From Candidatus Babeliales bacterium (GTDB lineage Bacteria; Babelota; Babeliae; Babelales; Vermiphilaceae): a DNA stretch of 22,484 bases. The notes below the pieces were generated by a model. The model saw only the letters and a list, made by a program, of their open reading frames with translations, ran no database searches and was not told where the DNA came from. Within the stretch, counting starts at the first letter, position 1. Each line of letters opens with the position of its first letter. The stretch spans positions 1 to 22,484 of the forward strand of contig JBIOKB010000017.1 in assembly GCA_044451405.1 (NCBI GenBank), written 5' to 3'. Positions 1 to 9,532 of the stretch are shown here, in pieces. A program made the translations under genes and the position numbers.

Positions 1-1311
1 GTCTCAACTACTAATGCAACAACCCATCGTTTTATCGATTATAAGAGTGGTAAACTTAAAGCGGTAGCACAAGTAACGGGAGCGTATCAGCAATCCGTGC
101 ACATGGAAGGAATTTCCCAATATTTTCTATTTCCTGGCAAAAGCCAATTACTCGTAACTGGCGATGATGTAACCAGTGATTTTTATACGCGCAATATCCG
201 TGCTGAATTTATCGGCTTACCATCAACATTTCAGGGATCATTTACCGTCAACCCGCAACAACGCCAGGAAGCTGCTTTTATTGATTTTAATCAAGATATA
301 AGTGCTTATTGGGATCATGAACTGATGGAAGGCAGCTGGGTTACCGTTAGTATCCCCGTTGTACATGTTGAAAATAATATTCAACTTTCTGAATTTAATG
401 TAAATGGCAATGGCACTGCGTATCCAAACACTATTGCACAAGCGTTCTCACAACCAACCTATTTATATGCAAAAATATGTGGCAAAAATTCAATAACACA
501 ACTTGCTGATCTTACCATTCGTCTCGGCCGTACTTTTTTGAATAGTAAGCATAATGTTGCTGCTATGTATACCAATTTAGTTTTTCCCTCAGGGAATAAA
601 CAAAATCCAAGTTATATATTTAGTCCAGTAGCAGGAACTGATGGCCATTTTGGTTATGGTGGTGGTACCCGATTTCAGATTCGCTTAAATCAAGATCCTA
701 CTAATTTTGGCCTTGTATTATTTTTAGATTTAGATGCAGTATTTTATGCACGTAACACACAAAAACGTACGTATGATTTAATTGATAAACCGTATAGCCG
801 TTATTTACCACTCATAAAACCGAATTCTACTGAAACTATTCCTGCTACAAACGTATTAACGTTAAAAACCCAAGTACATCCATTTACGTTTGCTGATTTT
901 TCATGCGGCTTTCGTTTTATAACGGCACATGCTGAACTAGAGCTCTGTTATGGCATTTGGGGCCGCGGACCAGAACAAATGAACTTGCGCTGCAATTTCC
1001 CCCAAAATTATGGCATTGCTGGTACTTTTGATCCAACTACTGGTTTTATTGGAACTTCCAGCCAAACTAACATCGGATTTCTTGCACCAAATGATCCAGA
1101 ATTTGTTGCGCTGACTATTAATGATCTTGATCTTGATTCTGGCGCAGGCCGCAGTGCGTTTAACAACAAATTTCAGATTGCTGTAGGCTTTTGGCACAAA
1201 GGTAAGCTTGCTGAAATTTTTTGTGCGGCAGGAACCTATTATGATGTTCCTATGAAAAATAGCGCCTTAAACCTTATTGGTGCATTCTTGAAGCTTGGCG
1301 CGTCATTTTAA
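1..1311 (+). CDS. 5'-truncated putative outer-membrane beta-barrel protein (lineage-expanded hypothetical family)
   Basis: Frame is open from base 1 (VSTTNATTHRF...) to TAA at 1309-1311, so the gene starts before the window. Amphipathic beta-strand pattern and C-terminal LKLGASF (BAM beta-signal-like terminal Phe). Confidence 0.6.
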   Translation, partial: VSTTNATTHRFIDYKSGKLKAVAQVTGAYQQSVHMEGISQYFLFPGKSQLLVTGDDVTSDFYTRNIRAEFIGLPSTFQGSFTVNPQQRQEAAFIDFNQDISAYWDHELMEGSWVTVSIPVVHVENNIQLSEFNVNGNGTAYPNTIAQAFSQPTYLYAKICGKNSITQLADLTIRLGRTFLNSKHNVAAMYTNLVFPSGNKQNPSYIFSPVAGTDGHFGYGGGTRFQIRLNQDPTNFGLVLFLDLDAVFYARNTQKRTYDLIDKPYSRYLPLIKPNSTETIPATNVLTLKTQVHPFTFADFSCGFRFITAHAELELCYGIWGRGPEQMNLRCNFPQNYGIAGTFDPTTGFIGTSSQTNIGFLAPNDPEFVALTINDLDLDSGAGRSAFNNKFQIAVGFWHKGKLAEIFCAAGTYYDVPMKNSALNLIGAFLKLGASF

Positions 1312-1373
1312 GCTCCCGTCTACGCTCATACTATCGAAGTAATACCCCAGGAAGTATTTAGCTACGCCGGGCT
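1311..1373. repeat. REP-like imperfect palindrome, copy 1
   Basis: cccgtctacgct-[33 nt]-agctacgccggg between convergent genes. Arms match the copies at 3973 and 9404; loop shares 24/25 nt with copy 2. Confidence 0.85.
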
Positions 1374-1394
1374 AACCAGAAACCCTTCGATGAT

Positions 1395-1571
1395 TTATGC
1401 GCCGCATGAATTGGTGCAACTTGATTTGCAATACTCACAGCATCCGCCGCATACTGCATCGCAATCTGTTTCACCTTCTTCAAGGCGACCTTCACATTCT
1501 GCAACACAATAATCTTTGCAATCTTCGCAACACTGCAAACATACTAACGTACAATCGATAGCTTTAGCCAT
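1395..1571 (-). CDS. Small Cys-rich protein (58 aa, 14 Cys), putative metal-binding
   Basis: ATG at 1571 preceded by AAGGGA. Two internal repeats of DCxxVCxxCCExCKxxCxxxC. Confidence 0.75.
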   Translation of the reverse strand: MAKAIDCTLVCLQCCEDCKDYCVAECEGRLEEGETDCDAVCGGCCEYCKSSCTNSCGA

Positions 1572-1619
1572 GGTTTTTCCCTTAATAAATAGGCTTTTTA
1601 TGTATACCATTATAAAACC

Positions 1620-1649
1620 ATGGTAGCGTATATATTTTCTATTTGTCAA
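1620..1649 (-). promoter_or_regulatory. Putative sigma70 promoter of the Cys-rich gene
   Basis: TTGACA-N18-TACCAT on the minus strand. Confidence 0.5.
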
Positions 1650-1703
1650 TATATAGTGAGAGTCTAGGGAAGGAGTCAGGTTAGGGGGAAAATAACCCTA
1701 ATA

Positions 1704-1733
1704 TTGCTTTTAAAACACTAGTTTTCCTATGCT
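1704..1733 (+). promoter_or_regulatory. Putative sigma70 promoter
   Basis: TTGCTT-N18-TATGCT, 40 nt upstream of ATG 1774. Confidence 0.45.
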
Positions 1734-1773
1734 GCAAATAGGTGAATTTAGCGTAGTTTTATAGGAGAAATGT

Positions 1774-2118
1774 ATGAAGAAACTAGTTTATTTGTTGGGT
1801 ATTGGATATATAGCGATGGCCAACCTAGCTTTAGCCATACCTGTTATCAACGATCTTTCTGTTGATATTCGTGTAGGGAGTAAAAAAGGCCTCGTTAAGG
1901 TGAGCGCTGGTGAACAAAGTGATATCGATATACTTGCATCATTCAATATCGTCATCAACCAAAAACAATACATGTTCAGATTCCCTAAAAAAGATAGTGA
2001 CTTTAAAAATCATATTAGCCAAGTAACCATAGGTGGATCCGCATCAACACCTTATGCCGATTATTCAGGAAAACCCGGATCTCCTGACTATGACAATATA
2101 AAAGGCGAATTACAATAA
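1774..2118 (+). CDS. Hypothetical secreted protein
   Basis: AGGAG RBS. Signal peptide MKKLVYLLGIGYIAMANLALA with AxA cleavage site. Confidence 0.75.
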   Translation: MKKLVYLLGIGYIAMANLALAIPVINDLSVDIRVGSKKGLVKVSAGEQSDIDILASFNIVINQKQYMFRFPKKDSDFKNHISQVTIGGSASTPYADYSGKPGSPDYDNIKGELQ

Positions 2119-2125
2119 CACATAG

Positions 2126-2476
2126 CTAGTTGCCTATCCCACATGCCTCAAGCTCATAATAGCATCGATTCATGGCATCCTGGGCATGGGATAGCTTCTC
2201 CTGGGCAAAACGCACCTCGGGGCTACTAGCTTCAAGTCCTAATTTGGTGAGTTCCCTAATTTCCTGAGAATAATTAATAATCATTTTCCGCTGCAACGCA
2301 ATACGCCGTTGTAATGATTGATGGGTATCTACCTGGGATGAGAGTGCCGCCATCTGTTCTTTTTGTTTGTATTCGATTTGTGCGGGGCTTTCATGCATAA
2401 AAATGGTCGCCCCATAGAGTAAAACCCCTAGGGTAAACCCGCAGGCGGTAATAACATGCCCTAAACGATTATTCAT
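2126..2476 (-). CDS. Hypothetical single-TM coiled-coil protein
   Basis: GGAGG RBS before ATG 2476. N-terminal hydrophobic helix followed by Q/E/K/R-rich helical region. Confidence 0.7.
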   Translation of the reverse strand: MNNRLGHVITACGFTLGVLLYGATIFMHESPAQIEYKQKEQMAALSSQVDTHQSLQRRIALQRKMIINYSQEIRELTKLGLEASSPEVRFAQEKLSHAQDAMNRCYYELEACGIGN

Positions 2477-2511
2477 ATAACCTCCGCGATTCAACTAGAA
2501 ATTCTACTATT

Positions 2512-2604
2512 CGAAGCCCTTCCATCCTTCGCTCTTGCTATCGAAGTAATACCTCAGGAAGTGTTAAGCTTCGGAGGACTTCGTCGTAGCTTGCGAAGTA
2601 GGGC
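2512..2604. repeat. REP-like palindrome copy 2 plus adjacent inverted minimal copy (doublet)
   Basis: tccatccttcgct-[33 nt]-agcttcggagga (2521-2578), followed by c-gta-gc-tt-gc-gaa-g in the opposite orientation. Flanked by gccct (2516-2520) and agggc (2600-2604). Confidence 0.8.
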
Positions 2605-2623
2605 CCGATCCATTTTAATATTT

Positions 2624-2815
2624 TTATTGGCGATTAAATAACCCGCCAGCAGGATTTAACATGCCGCCTACAGCCTTTACCTTCTCCCCACGGATATATT
2701 CTTTTTTGGTCTCACGGAATTCTTGGCGCACTACATGAAATATGTAGAGTAATGTAGCAAGAATAGCTCCGACAACGAGTATCGTAAGAAATGCTTTTAA
2801 ATACTGATTCATCAT
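2624..2815 (-). CDS. Small single-TM protein, tandem paralog B
   Basis: About 36/62 identical by manual alignment to 2831-3025. Shared LKAFL, VVG.ILA, LYIFHVVRQE and EYI. Confidence 0.8.
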   Translation of the reverse strand: MMNQYLKAFLTILVVGAILATLLYIFHVVRQEFRETKKEYIRGEKVKAVGGMLNPAGGLFNRQ

Positions 2816-2830
2816 ATCTGCCCCCATTTT

Positions 2831-3025
2831 TTATATTTTTTGCTGAACAAATCCGCCTATTACTTCTTGTGCCATCCCGGCAGCTGCCTTTTCTTTTTGT
2901 GCTTCTATATATTCAGTTTTCGCTTCATGGTACTCTTGCCGCACTACATGAAATATGTAGAGCGTTACTGCAAGAATAGAACCAACTACAGTCAAGATAA
3001 GAAATGCTTTTAATACGTCATTCAT
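2831..3025 (-). CDS. Small single-TM protein, tandem paralog A
   Basis: GAGGA RBS before ATG 3025; paralog of the downstream gene. Confidence 0.8.
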   Translation of the reverse strand: MNDVLKAFLILTVVGSILAVTLYIFHVVRQEYHEAKTEYIEAQKEKAAAGMAQEVIGGFVQQKI

Positions 3026-3070
3026 TACGTTATTCCTCACCACACTATTAAGCGTATCTTCTCATTACTG

Positions 3071-3100
3071 AGATTAATGCAAATAGATATATTGAGTCAA
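3071..3100 (-). promoter_or_regulatory. Putative sigma70 promoter of the tandem small-gene pair
   Basis: TTGACT-N18-TAATCT on the minus strand. Confidence 0.45.
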
Positions 3101-3160
3101 TATTATAAAACGTTAGAGAATAACACACGATGAACAACACTAGGAATATGTAGTAAATAA

Positions 3161-3189
3161 CTAAGGCCCGTGAAATTCACGAGCCTTAG
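3161..3189 (-). terminator. Intrinsic terminator
   Basis: Minus strand ctaaggctcgtgaa-t-ttcacgggccttag (one G-U pair), followed by ttattt, just after stop 3212. Confidence 0.75.
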
Positions 3190-3211
3190 GTTAAAATCTG
3201 AGTATAAGAAC

Positions 3212-3706
3212 TTACTTAGAGCAGGTTACACATGCTGTATAGTCAGTACCCTTAACTTGGTATGGAGCAGCAATGTTTGCGCGGTCTATAGCTTGAAGAG
3301 TATAGTGCCCACCTTTGGTAGGTTTAGTTAAGCTTAAATAATTCCAACGGGTGTTACCTCTAAGATCTGAAAGCGCCATTGGATTTTCAGCATCACCAGT
3401 AGAACAGTGGGTAATTAAATGCCCCTTAGCTCTCTTATCAACACTTAATCTAACGCGTACATCTTTAATGTTATTCCATTGTTCTTGTGTAAATGGCAAT
3501 ACATCATTTGGCGCCAAAGACATTCCAAGCGCTTGACGATCATCATTAGTCATAATATAAACAAAAAGATTTTGTTTAGTATCATTTTTGAGCCCGAAAG
3601 ACGGTAATGCACCATTTTGCATTCCCATCATATGATCACCTGCTTTAACCCCATTACTTACCACAAGTAATGCAAGCGCAGCTGCATATACGTTAAACAT
3701 CTTCAT
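3212..3706 (-). CDS. Hypothetical secreted protein
   Basis: AAGGAG RBS before ATG 3706. Signal peptide ending VKA; C-terminal CxxC (CVTC). Confidence 0.75.
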   Translation of the reverse strand: MKMFNVYAAALALLVVSNGVKAGDHMMGMQNGALPSFGLKNDTKQNLFVYIMTNDDRQALGMSLAPNDVLPFTQEQWNNIKDVRVRLSVDKRAKGHLITHCSTGDAENPMALSDLRGNTRWNYLSLTKPTKGGHYTLQAIDRANIAAPYQVKGTDYTACVTCSK

Positions 3707-3775
3707 ACTACTCTCCTTGTGCACTTAGCACTAGTTATTTGGATAAAATTATACACACCATTTCAATACACTTTT

Positions 3776-3805
3776 ATTCTAATAGAAAAGTTTATAAAAA
3801 ATCAA
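3776..3805 (-). promoter_or_regulatory. Putative sigma70 promoter
   Basis: TTGATT-N18-TAGAAT on the minus strand. Confidence 0.4.
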
Positions 3806-3894
3806 TAACATGCATTAAAAAGGGAAAAATTCAATTAACGATGTGCGCAAAAATGCTGCAAACTAGGGACTTTTTTGAAAATAGACCAACAATC

Positions 3895-3931
3895 AAAAAG
3901 GCCGATTTCTTTTGTAGAAACCGGCCTTTTT
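3895..3931 (-). terminator. Intrinsic terminator of groESL
   Basis: Minus strand ggccggtttct-acaaa-agaaatcggcc-ttttt. The only mismatch is a G-U pair on this strand. Confidence 0.85.
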
Positions 3932-3954
3932 ATTACTTATTAAGAGCTAAATGC

Positions 3955-5688
<1,734 letters not shown>

Positions 5689-5702
5689 TCACTCCTGATT
5701 CA

Positions 5703-5999
5703 TTAATTTTTTTCAACAACGCCTAAAATATCATCGGCATGAACAATAACATAATCATTTACACCCATGTCTGTACCGGAATATTTGCCTACATAGACAA
5801 TATCACCGACGTTAACCTGTACCGGAATAAGATTTCCTGATTTATCTAACGTTCCCGCACCTATGCTAATCACCTGACCAGTTTGCGCCTTTTCTTTAGC
5901 AGTATCAGGAACAATGATGAGACTATTTTCTGGATTTTCTTGATATTCGATGCGCTTGATGAGCACCCGACTTCCTAATGGACGAAACTTTTCAAACAC
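5703..5999 (-). CDS. groES: Co-chaperonin GroES
   Basis: FRPLGSRVLI, PDTAKEK, VGDIV...KYSGT and DILGVV motifs. GTG start after AAGGAG; immediately upstream of groEL. Confidence 0.97.
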   Translation of the reverse strand: MFEKFRPLGSRVLIKRIEYQENPENSLIIVPDTAKEKAQTGQVISIGAGTLDKSGNLIPVQVNVGDIVYVGKYSGTDMGVNDYVIVHADDILGVVEKN

Positions 6000-6165
6000 A
6001 GCTTCTCCTTGCAATTACTTTATTAAATTATACAAATTCATTCATTATTAAGAAATATACAACAAAGTCTAAAAAATTCAACTAATTTTTCTTGATAATA
6101 ACAGACTCATATTTTCTTATATTTATCTATAATACTTAGACAAAAACATTACTAAAAAACGACCT

Positions 6166-6552
6166 TTACTGCTCCTCTACCTCTTCTAACAACTGCCCAA
6201 TTTTTTCAGGGGTTGGCTGATATAAATCTAAAATATTCCCACCTGGATCCCTAAAGCTCACCATAATGCCATGGAGGGCTTTTTTAGGCTCTCCCAAGAA
6301 GATAACGGTATCTTTTAATTCCTCATATACGGCGAGCAGATCCTCAACTTCAAGCACTATCCCGGTACGAGTTTCAGGCACAGGAGAATTTATTGGGCAA
6401 ATACCCAACTTTACCTCGCCAATGCTAAATTCAGCCCAGGCATTTTTAAGATGAAAGCGTAACTGTAGACCGAATAATGCATAAAAGGCTACTGCTTGTT
6501 CTACGTCTGGTACCATGACTATTACCATGGCAACTTTTTTTACATAAGCCAT
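6166..6552 (-). CDS. VOC/glyoxalase-bleomycin resistance family protein
   Basis: VPDVEQAVAFY..FGL, IVLEVEDL and SFRDPGGNILDL motifs. Confidence 0.9.
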   Translation of the reverse strand: MAYVKKVAMVIVMVPDVEQAVAFYALFGLQLRFHLKNAWAEFSIGEVKLGICPINSPVPETRTGIVLEVEDLLAVYEELKDTVIFLGEPKKALHGIMVSFRDPGGNILDLYQPTPEKIGQLLEEVEEQ

Positions 6553-6647
6553 TGTTTTTCCCTATCATCCCTATAATTAATGTAATTATTTTAGGTAGTA
6601 TAACAAGAAAGTCGTACTCTATAACGTTAAAAATATAAGGAACTTGT

Positions 6648-7306
6648 ATGCCTGCTATATATCCCTCATTAATTGCTACCAATCCATCACAGCTTAATCA
6701 AATACTCGATCGCCTTATTCCCTACTGCCATGGATTTCATCTTGATGTCATGGATGGTCGCTTTGTCCCCAACGTAAGCATGGATATTCACAGCATAAAT
6801 GCTATTGCCGCCAAAACACCCAAGCCCGTCTGGGTTCATCTTATGGTACAAAATCCCAAAGCAATGATTGAGAGCCTCATGCTACAACCTGGCAGCATTG
6901 TATCTTTTCACGTAGAATCTGATGCAGGAATTTTAAATTTGATAAATTTTATAAAAGAAAAAAATATTTGCCGAGCATTGCAATAAATCCAAAAACGCCC
7001 GTTACGGAAGTTTTTCCTTTTTTGGATAAGCTACATCAAGTTCTTATCATGTCAGTTAACCCTGGCTTTTCTGGGCAGCCATTTATACATGATATATTAA
7101 GCAAGCTTGATCCGTTGGTAAGCTATCGCGCTATGCACAAGCTTATCTTTCGCATTGGTATGGATGGTGGTATTAATGCGGAGAATATCAAAGATGTTGT
7201 TGATCGCGGTGTAGATGATCTTGCTATGGGCTCTGCGATTTTTAATAATCCTGATCCAGTCGAGTTGCTCAAGAAATTAACTACGTATCTGCACACAGAT
7301 ATTTAG
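6648..7306 (+). pseudogene. rpe: Ribulose-phosphate 3-epimerase, split by a frameshift at the A7 run 6958-6964
   Basis: First half has HLDVMDGRFVPN, VHLMV and FHVE; second half (-1 frame) has AINPKTP, LIMSVNPGFSGQPF, MDGGIN and GSAIF. One extra A gives a continuous 219-aa protein. Confidence 0.85.
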
Positions 7307-7318
7307 CACAAAGTAAGA

Positions 7319-7346
7319 CAGGGACGCATTTCTGCGTCCCTGCTTT
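7319..7346. terminator. Intrinsic terminator hairpin between convergent genes
   Basis: cagggacgca-tttc-tgcgtccctg, a perfect 10-bp stem followed by ctttat. Confidence 0.8.
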
Positions 7347-7377
7347 ATATCAAGATGATGTTTGCAATCAGATGATG

Positions 7378-8061
7378 TTACTGTAATGCTGTTATTTGAG
7401 CTTCAACATTTGCAATATGTCCTGCCATGATGCGTTTTTCGTTTCGTGACACAACTTGAGTGTTTCTCAAACCATTTAATTGAGCTGTTAATTCAGCTTT
7501 CTTAGCAGCTTTAACTCTTGCAGCTTCTGCAGTTTGTCTTTGTTGTGCTGCAGCTTCTTTTGCTTGAAGTTGTTCTAAAGCATGACGCGCATCTTTTTCG
7601 ATTTGCTCTTGCTCAGCTTTGATTTGCTCAGCAGTTTTAGCTGTTGCAGCTGTTGGAGCTACTGCTGCTGAAGTTGCTGATTTAGCAGTCATCCAGTTTC
7701 TAAATCTGGTAAACATGCCGTCTTTTTTAGCATTCGCTTCAACTGTTGCTGCAGGCGTACGAAGATAGTTACGAAGCATTTGAATACCTTTGTACGTAAG
7801 TACACCGGCACCAACTACTACTGCTGCTACCACACCAGTACGTGCAACGTTAACTGATAATCTGCTGTCTTTCTTCCATAAATGCTTAAAAACTTGTGCT
7901 TTTGCAGCATTTTTAGCATTTACAGCAGCTGTTTTTACTGATGTAGCAGCTTGTGATGCCGCGTTTTTTACACGAGCAAAGCGTGAAACATCTTCAGCAA
8001 ATACCGCTGGAACGCTTAACAATAACACTACTGTTAAGACTTGTTTAAGTATACTCTTCAT
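7378..8061 (-). CDS. Secreted/membrane-anchored Ala/Lys-rich coiled-coil hypothetical protein
   Basis: GGAGG 6 nt before ATG 8061. Signal peptide ending VFA; internal hydrophobic helix GVVAAVVVGAGVLTY; C-terminal coiled coil. Confidence 0.8.
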   Translation of the reverse strand: MKSILKQVLTVVLLLSVPAVFAEDVSRFARVKNAASQAATSVKTAAVNAKNAAKAQVFKHLWKKDSRLSVNVARTGVVAAVVVGAGVLTYKGIQMLRNYLRTPAATVEANAKKDGMFTRFRNWMTAKSATSAAVAPTAATAKTAEQIKAEQEQIEKDARHALEQLQAKEAAAQQRQTAEAARVKAAKKAELTAQLNGLRNTQVVSRNEKRIMAGHIANVEAQITALQ

Positions 8062-8079
8062 GAGCATCCTCCATTAAAT

Positions 8080-8098
8080 TAGTGAGTAAAACTCACTA
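8080..8098. promoter_or_regulatory. Perfect inverted repeat in the 5' leader (operator or leader hairpin)
   Basis: tagtgagt-aaa-actcacta, just upstream of the RBS of 7378-8061. Confidence 0.4.
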
Positions 8099-8320
8099 TG
8101 GTTAATAAAACTCCATTTTGAATATAAATATAGGTGTAGATTATCGATGAATAGTAAGAATACCCCAGTCATTTACACTGTGATATAAGCCTCCATTTCC
8201 CCTATCCATGTCAAAGATCTTCAACCTACATTTTTCTTCAGTTATATATCCAGATTACCCTATTAAAATTGACCGTCAAATGGTCCCCTTATAAGAGCTC
8301 TAGATCGAACCATTGCCACA

Positions 8321-8704
8321 CTAGCCGCAGGGCACATATACCGGCTCCGGGCGCAGCGTGAGTAAAAAGCCGAGGGTAGCAAATCCTGCTCCCTTCCAGA
8401 GTGCTTTATCTTTACGAACCCTATTTCTCCATAGTCCCCATGCAGCTGAAGCAAAACACCCTGTAGCGCAGATAAGACAACCAAGTGCACCAAAACGGCG
8501 CAATTTAGTAAGCCCATCATAGCGAGGATCAGTAACCCAGCTCCATGTCTGATAGGCAGTAGCATCAACTATGCGGCCAACACCCTTGCCAATCCATTCA
8601 GCTGGGCCCATGTACTCGGGCGCGAGTGTACTATCATCGTTACTATATACAGTGGCTCCTGCACCAGTCAGTGCAAGAAGAAGAATAAGTGATCTGATAT
8701 GCAT
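8321..8704 (-). CDS. Hypothetical membrane protein
   Basis: GGGGGA RBS before ATG 8704. Signal-like N-terminus plus two hydrophobic segments. Confidence 0.65.
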   Translation of the reverse strand: MHIRSLILLLALTGAGATVYSNDDSTLAPEYMGPAEWIGKGVGRIVDATAYQTWSWVTDPRYDGLTKLRRFGALGCLICATGCFASAAWGLWRNRVRKDKALWKGAGFATLGFLLTLRPEPVYVPCG

Positions 8705-8730
8705 GAAATCCCCCATTAATTTATGATATC

Positions 8731-8758
8731 AGTATAAAGGGGTAGATTTGATAGTCAA
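8731..8758 (-). promoter_or_regulatory. Putative sigma70 promoter
   Basis: TTGACT-N16-TATACT on the minus strand. Confidence 0.45.
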
Positions 8759-8765
8759 AAGGGGG

Positions 8766-8797
8766 TAGGAAATGCGCTGCTAGACGCGCATTTCCTA
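8766..8797 (-). terminator. Hairpin/terminator after dps
   Basis: taggaaatgcgc-N8-gcgcatttccta, a perfect 12-bp stem 10 nt after the dps stop. Confidence 0.7.
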
Positions 8798-8807
8798 GAT
8801 TTGAGAA

Positions 8808-9296
8808 TTATTTCTGTAGGTGCGCTTCCAAGAACCAGAGATTTTTATCAAGCATGCGTGTTAAATCGATGTAGACGTCATTAGTTGCCATATCCTCAAG
8901 CTCTTCAGTGAATTTCATGCCATTACGCGCATGTTCACCAAGAATAGCAAAGCTGTGCGTAAGATGCTCAAGATGGTCGCGAGCAGCGAACACATCAGTG
9001 GGGTATGCGCGCAATTGTGTACCTGCAGCTGCTGCTTGCAACGTACCTAGTGCGGTACCACCCAAGCTGGTAATGCGCTCTGCAACCACATCTACCTGAT
9101 TTTCAACTTCCTCTGCAAGCTCATCAAACAATTTGTGCAGTGCAATAAATTCCATGCCCTTAACATTCCAATGCGCATGCTTCAATTGCATTTGTAGATC
9201 GGTCGTAGCAGCTAATGTTTTATTTAACAATGTTATAATTTCAACGCGAACTTTTTCTGGCAAGCTCACGCGCGTTGCGTGCAAAATAGATTTCAT
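8808..9296 (-). CDS. dps: DNA starvation/stationary phase protection protein Dps
   Basis: KHAHWNVKG, LHKLFDE, DVVAERITSLGG and LDKNLWFLEAH motifs; AAGGAG RBS. Confidence 0.97.
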   Translation of the reverse strand: MKSILHATRVSLPEKVRVEIITLLNKTLAATTDLQMQLKHAHWNVKGMEFIALHKLFDELAEEVENQVDVVAERITSLGGTALGTLQAAAAGTQLRAYPTDVFAARDHLEHLTHSFAILGEHARNGMKFTEELEDMATNDVYIDLTRMLDKNLWFLEAHLQK

Positions 9297-9328
9297 CGTA
9301 TGCTCCTTATATTGTATATTTTAGAGCT

Positions 9329-9357
9329 ACTCTAACAAAGTGCATGATGAATCTCAA
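9329..9357 (-). promoter_or_regulatory. Putative dps promoter
   Basis: TTGAGA-N17-TAGAGT on the minus strand. Confidence 0.4.
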
Positions 9358-9403
9358 GACATAAAATACAAAAAAGCATTTTTTCGCCCCTTGCCATTAA
9401 CTT

Positions 9404-9462
9404 GCGCCAGCCCGGCGAAGCCTAATTACACACCAAAGCTATTCCCTAAGGCGTAGAGGGGC
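9404..9462. repeat. REP-like palindrome copy 4 (opposite orientation)
   Basis: gcgccagcccggcgaagcct-[25 nt]-aggcgtagaggggc. First 14 nt are identical to the reverse complement of the end of copy 3. Confidence 0.85.
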
Positions 9463-9532
9463 CATTAAATTGTGTAAAAAGGCTGAATTCAAGCTACACT
9501 TGCCTATAACGCCTTTAAAACTTAGAGACTTC

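Noticed and set aside
1327-1360. Loop considered as a hammerhead ribozyme or tRNA fragment
   Set aside because: No CUGANGA/GAAA core or cloverleaf on either strand
1572-1649. N-terminal extension of the Cys-rich ORF from TTG 1649
   Set aside because: That TTG is part of the -35 box; the RBS supports ATG 1571
1311-2604. Repeat with variable insert considered as a CRISPR array
   Set aside because: Copies are dispersed, arms are inverted rather than direct, and there is no regular spacing or cas gene
3726-3733. TTAGCACT, CIRCE-like half site
   Set aside because: No second half at 9-nt spacing, and it lies downstream of groESL
7353-7379. 10-bp direct repeat agatgatgtt (7353-7362, 7370-7379)
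   Set aside because: Short local duplication between convergent stops with nothing enclosed that suggests function
8263-8568. Alternative-frame 101-aa ORF overlapping 8321-8704
   Set aside because: The other frame has the RBS, promoter and signal-like start; no sign of a frameshifted single gene
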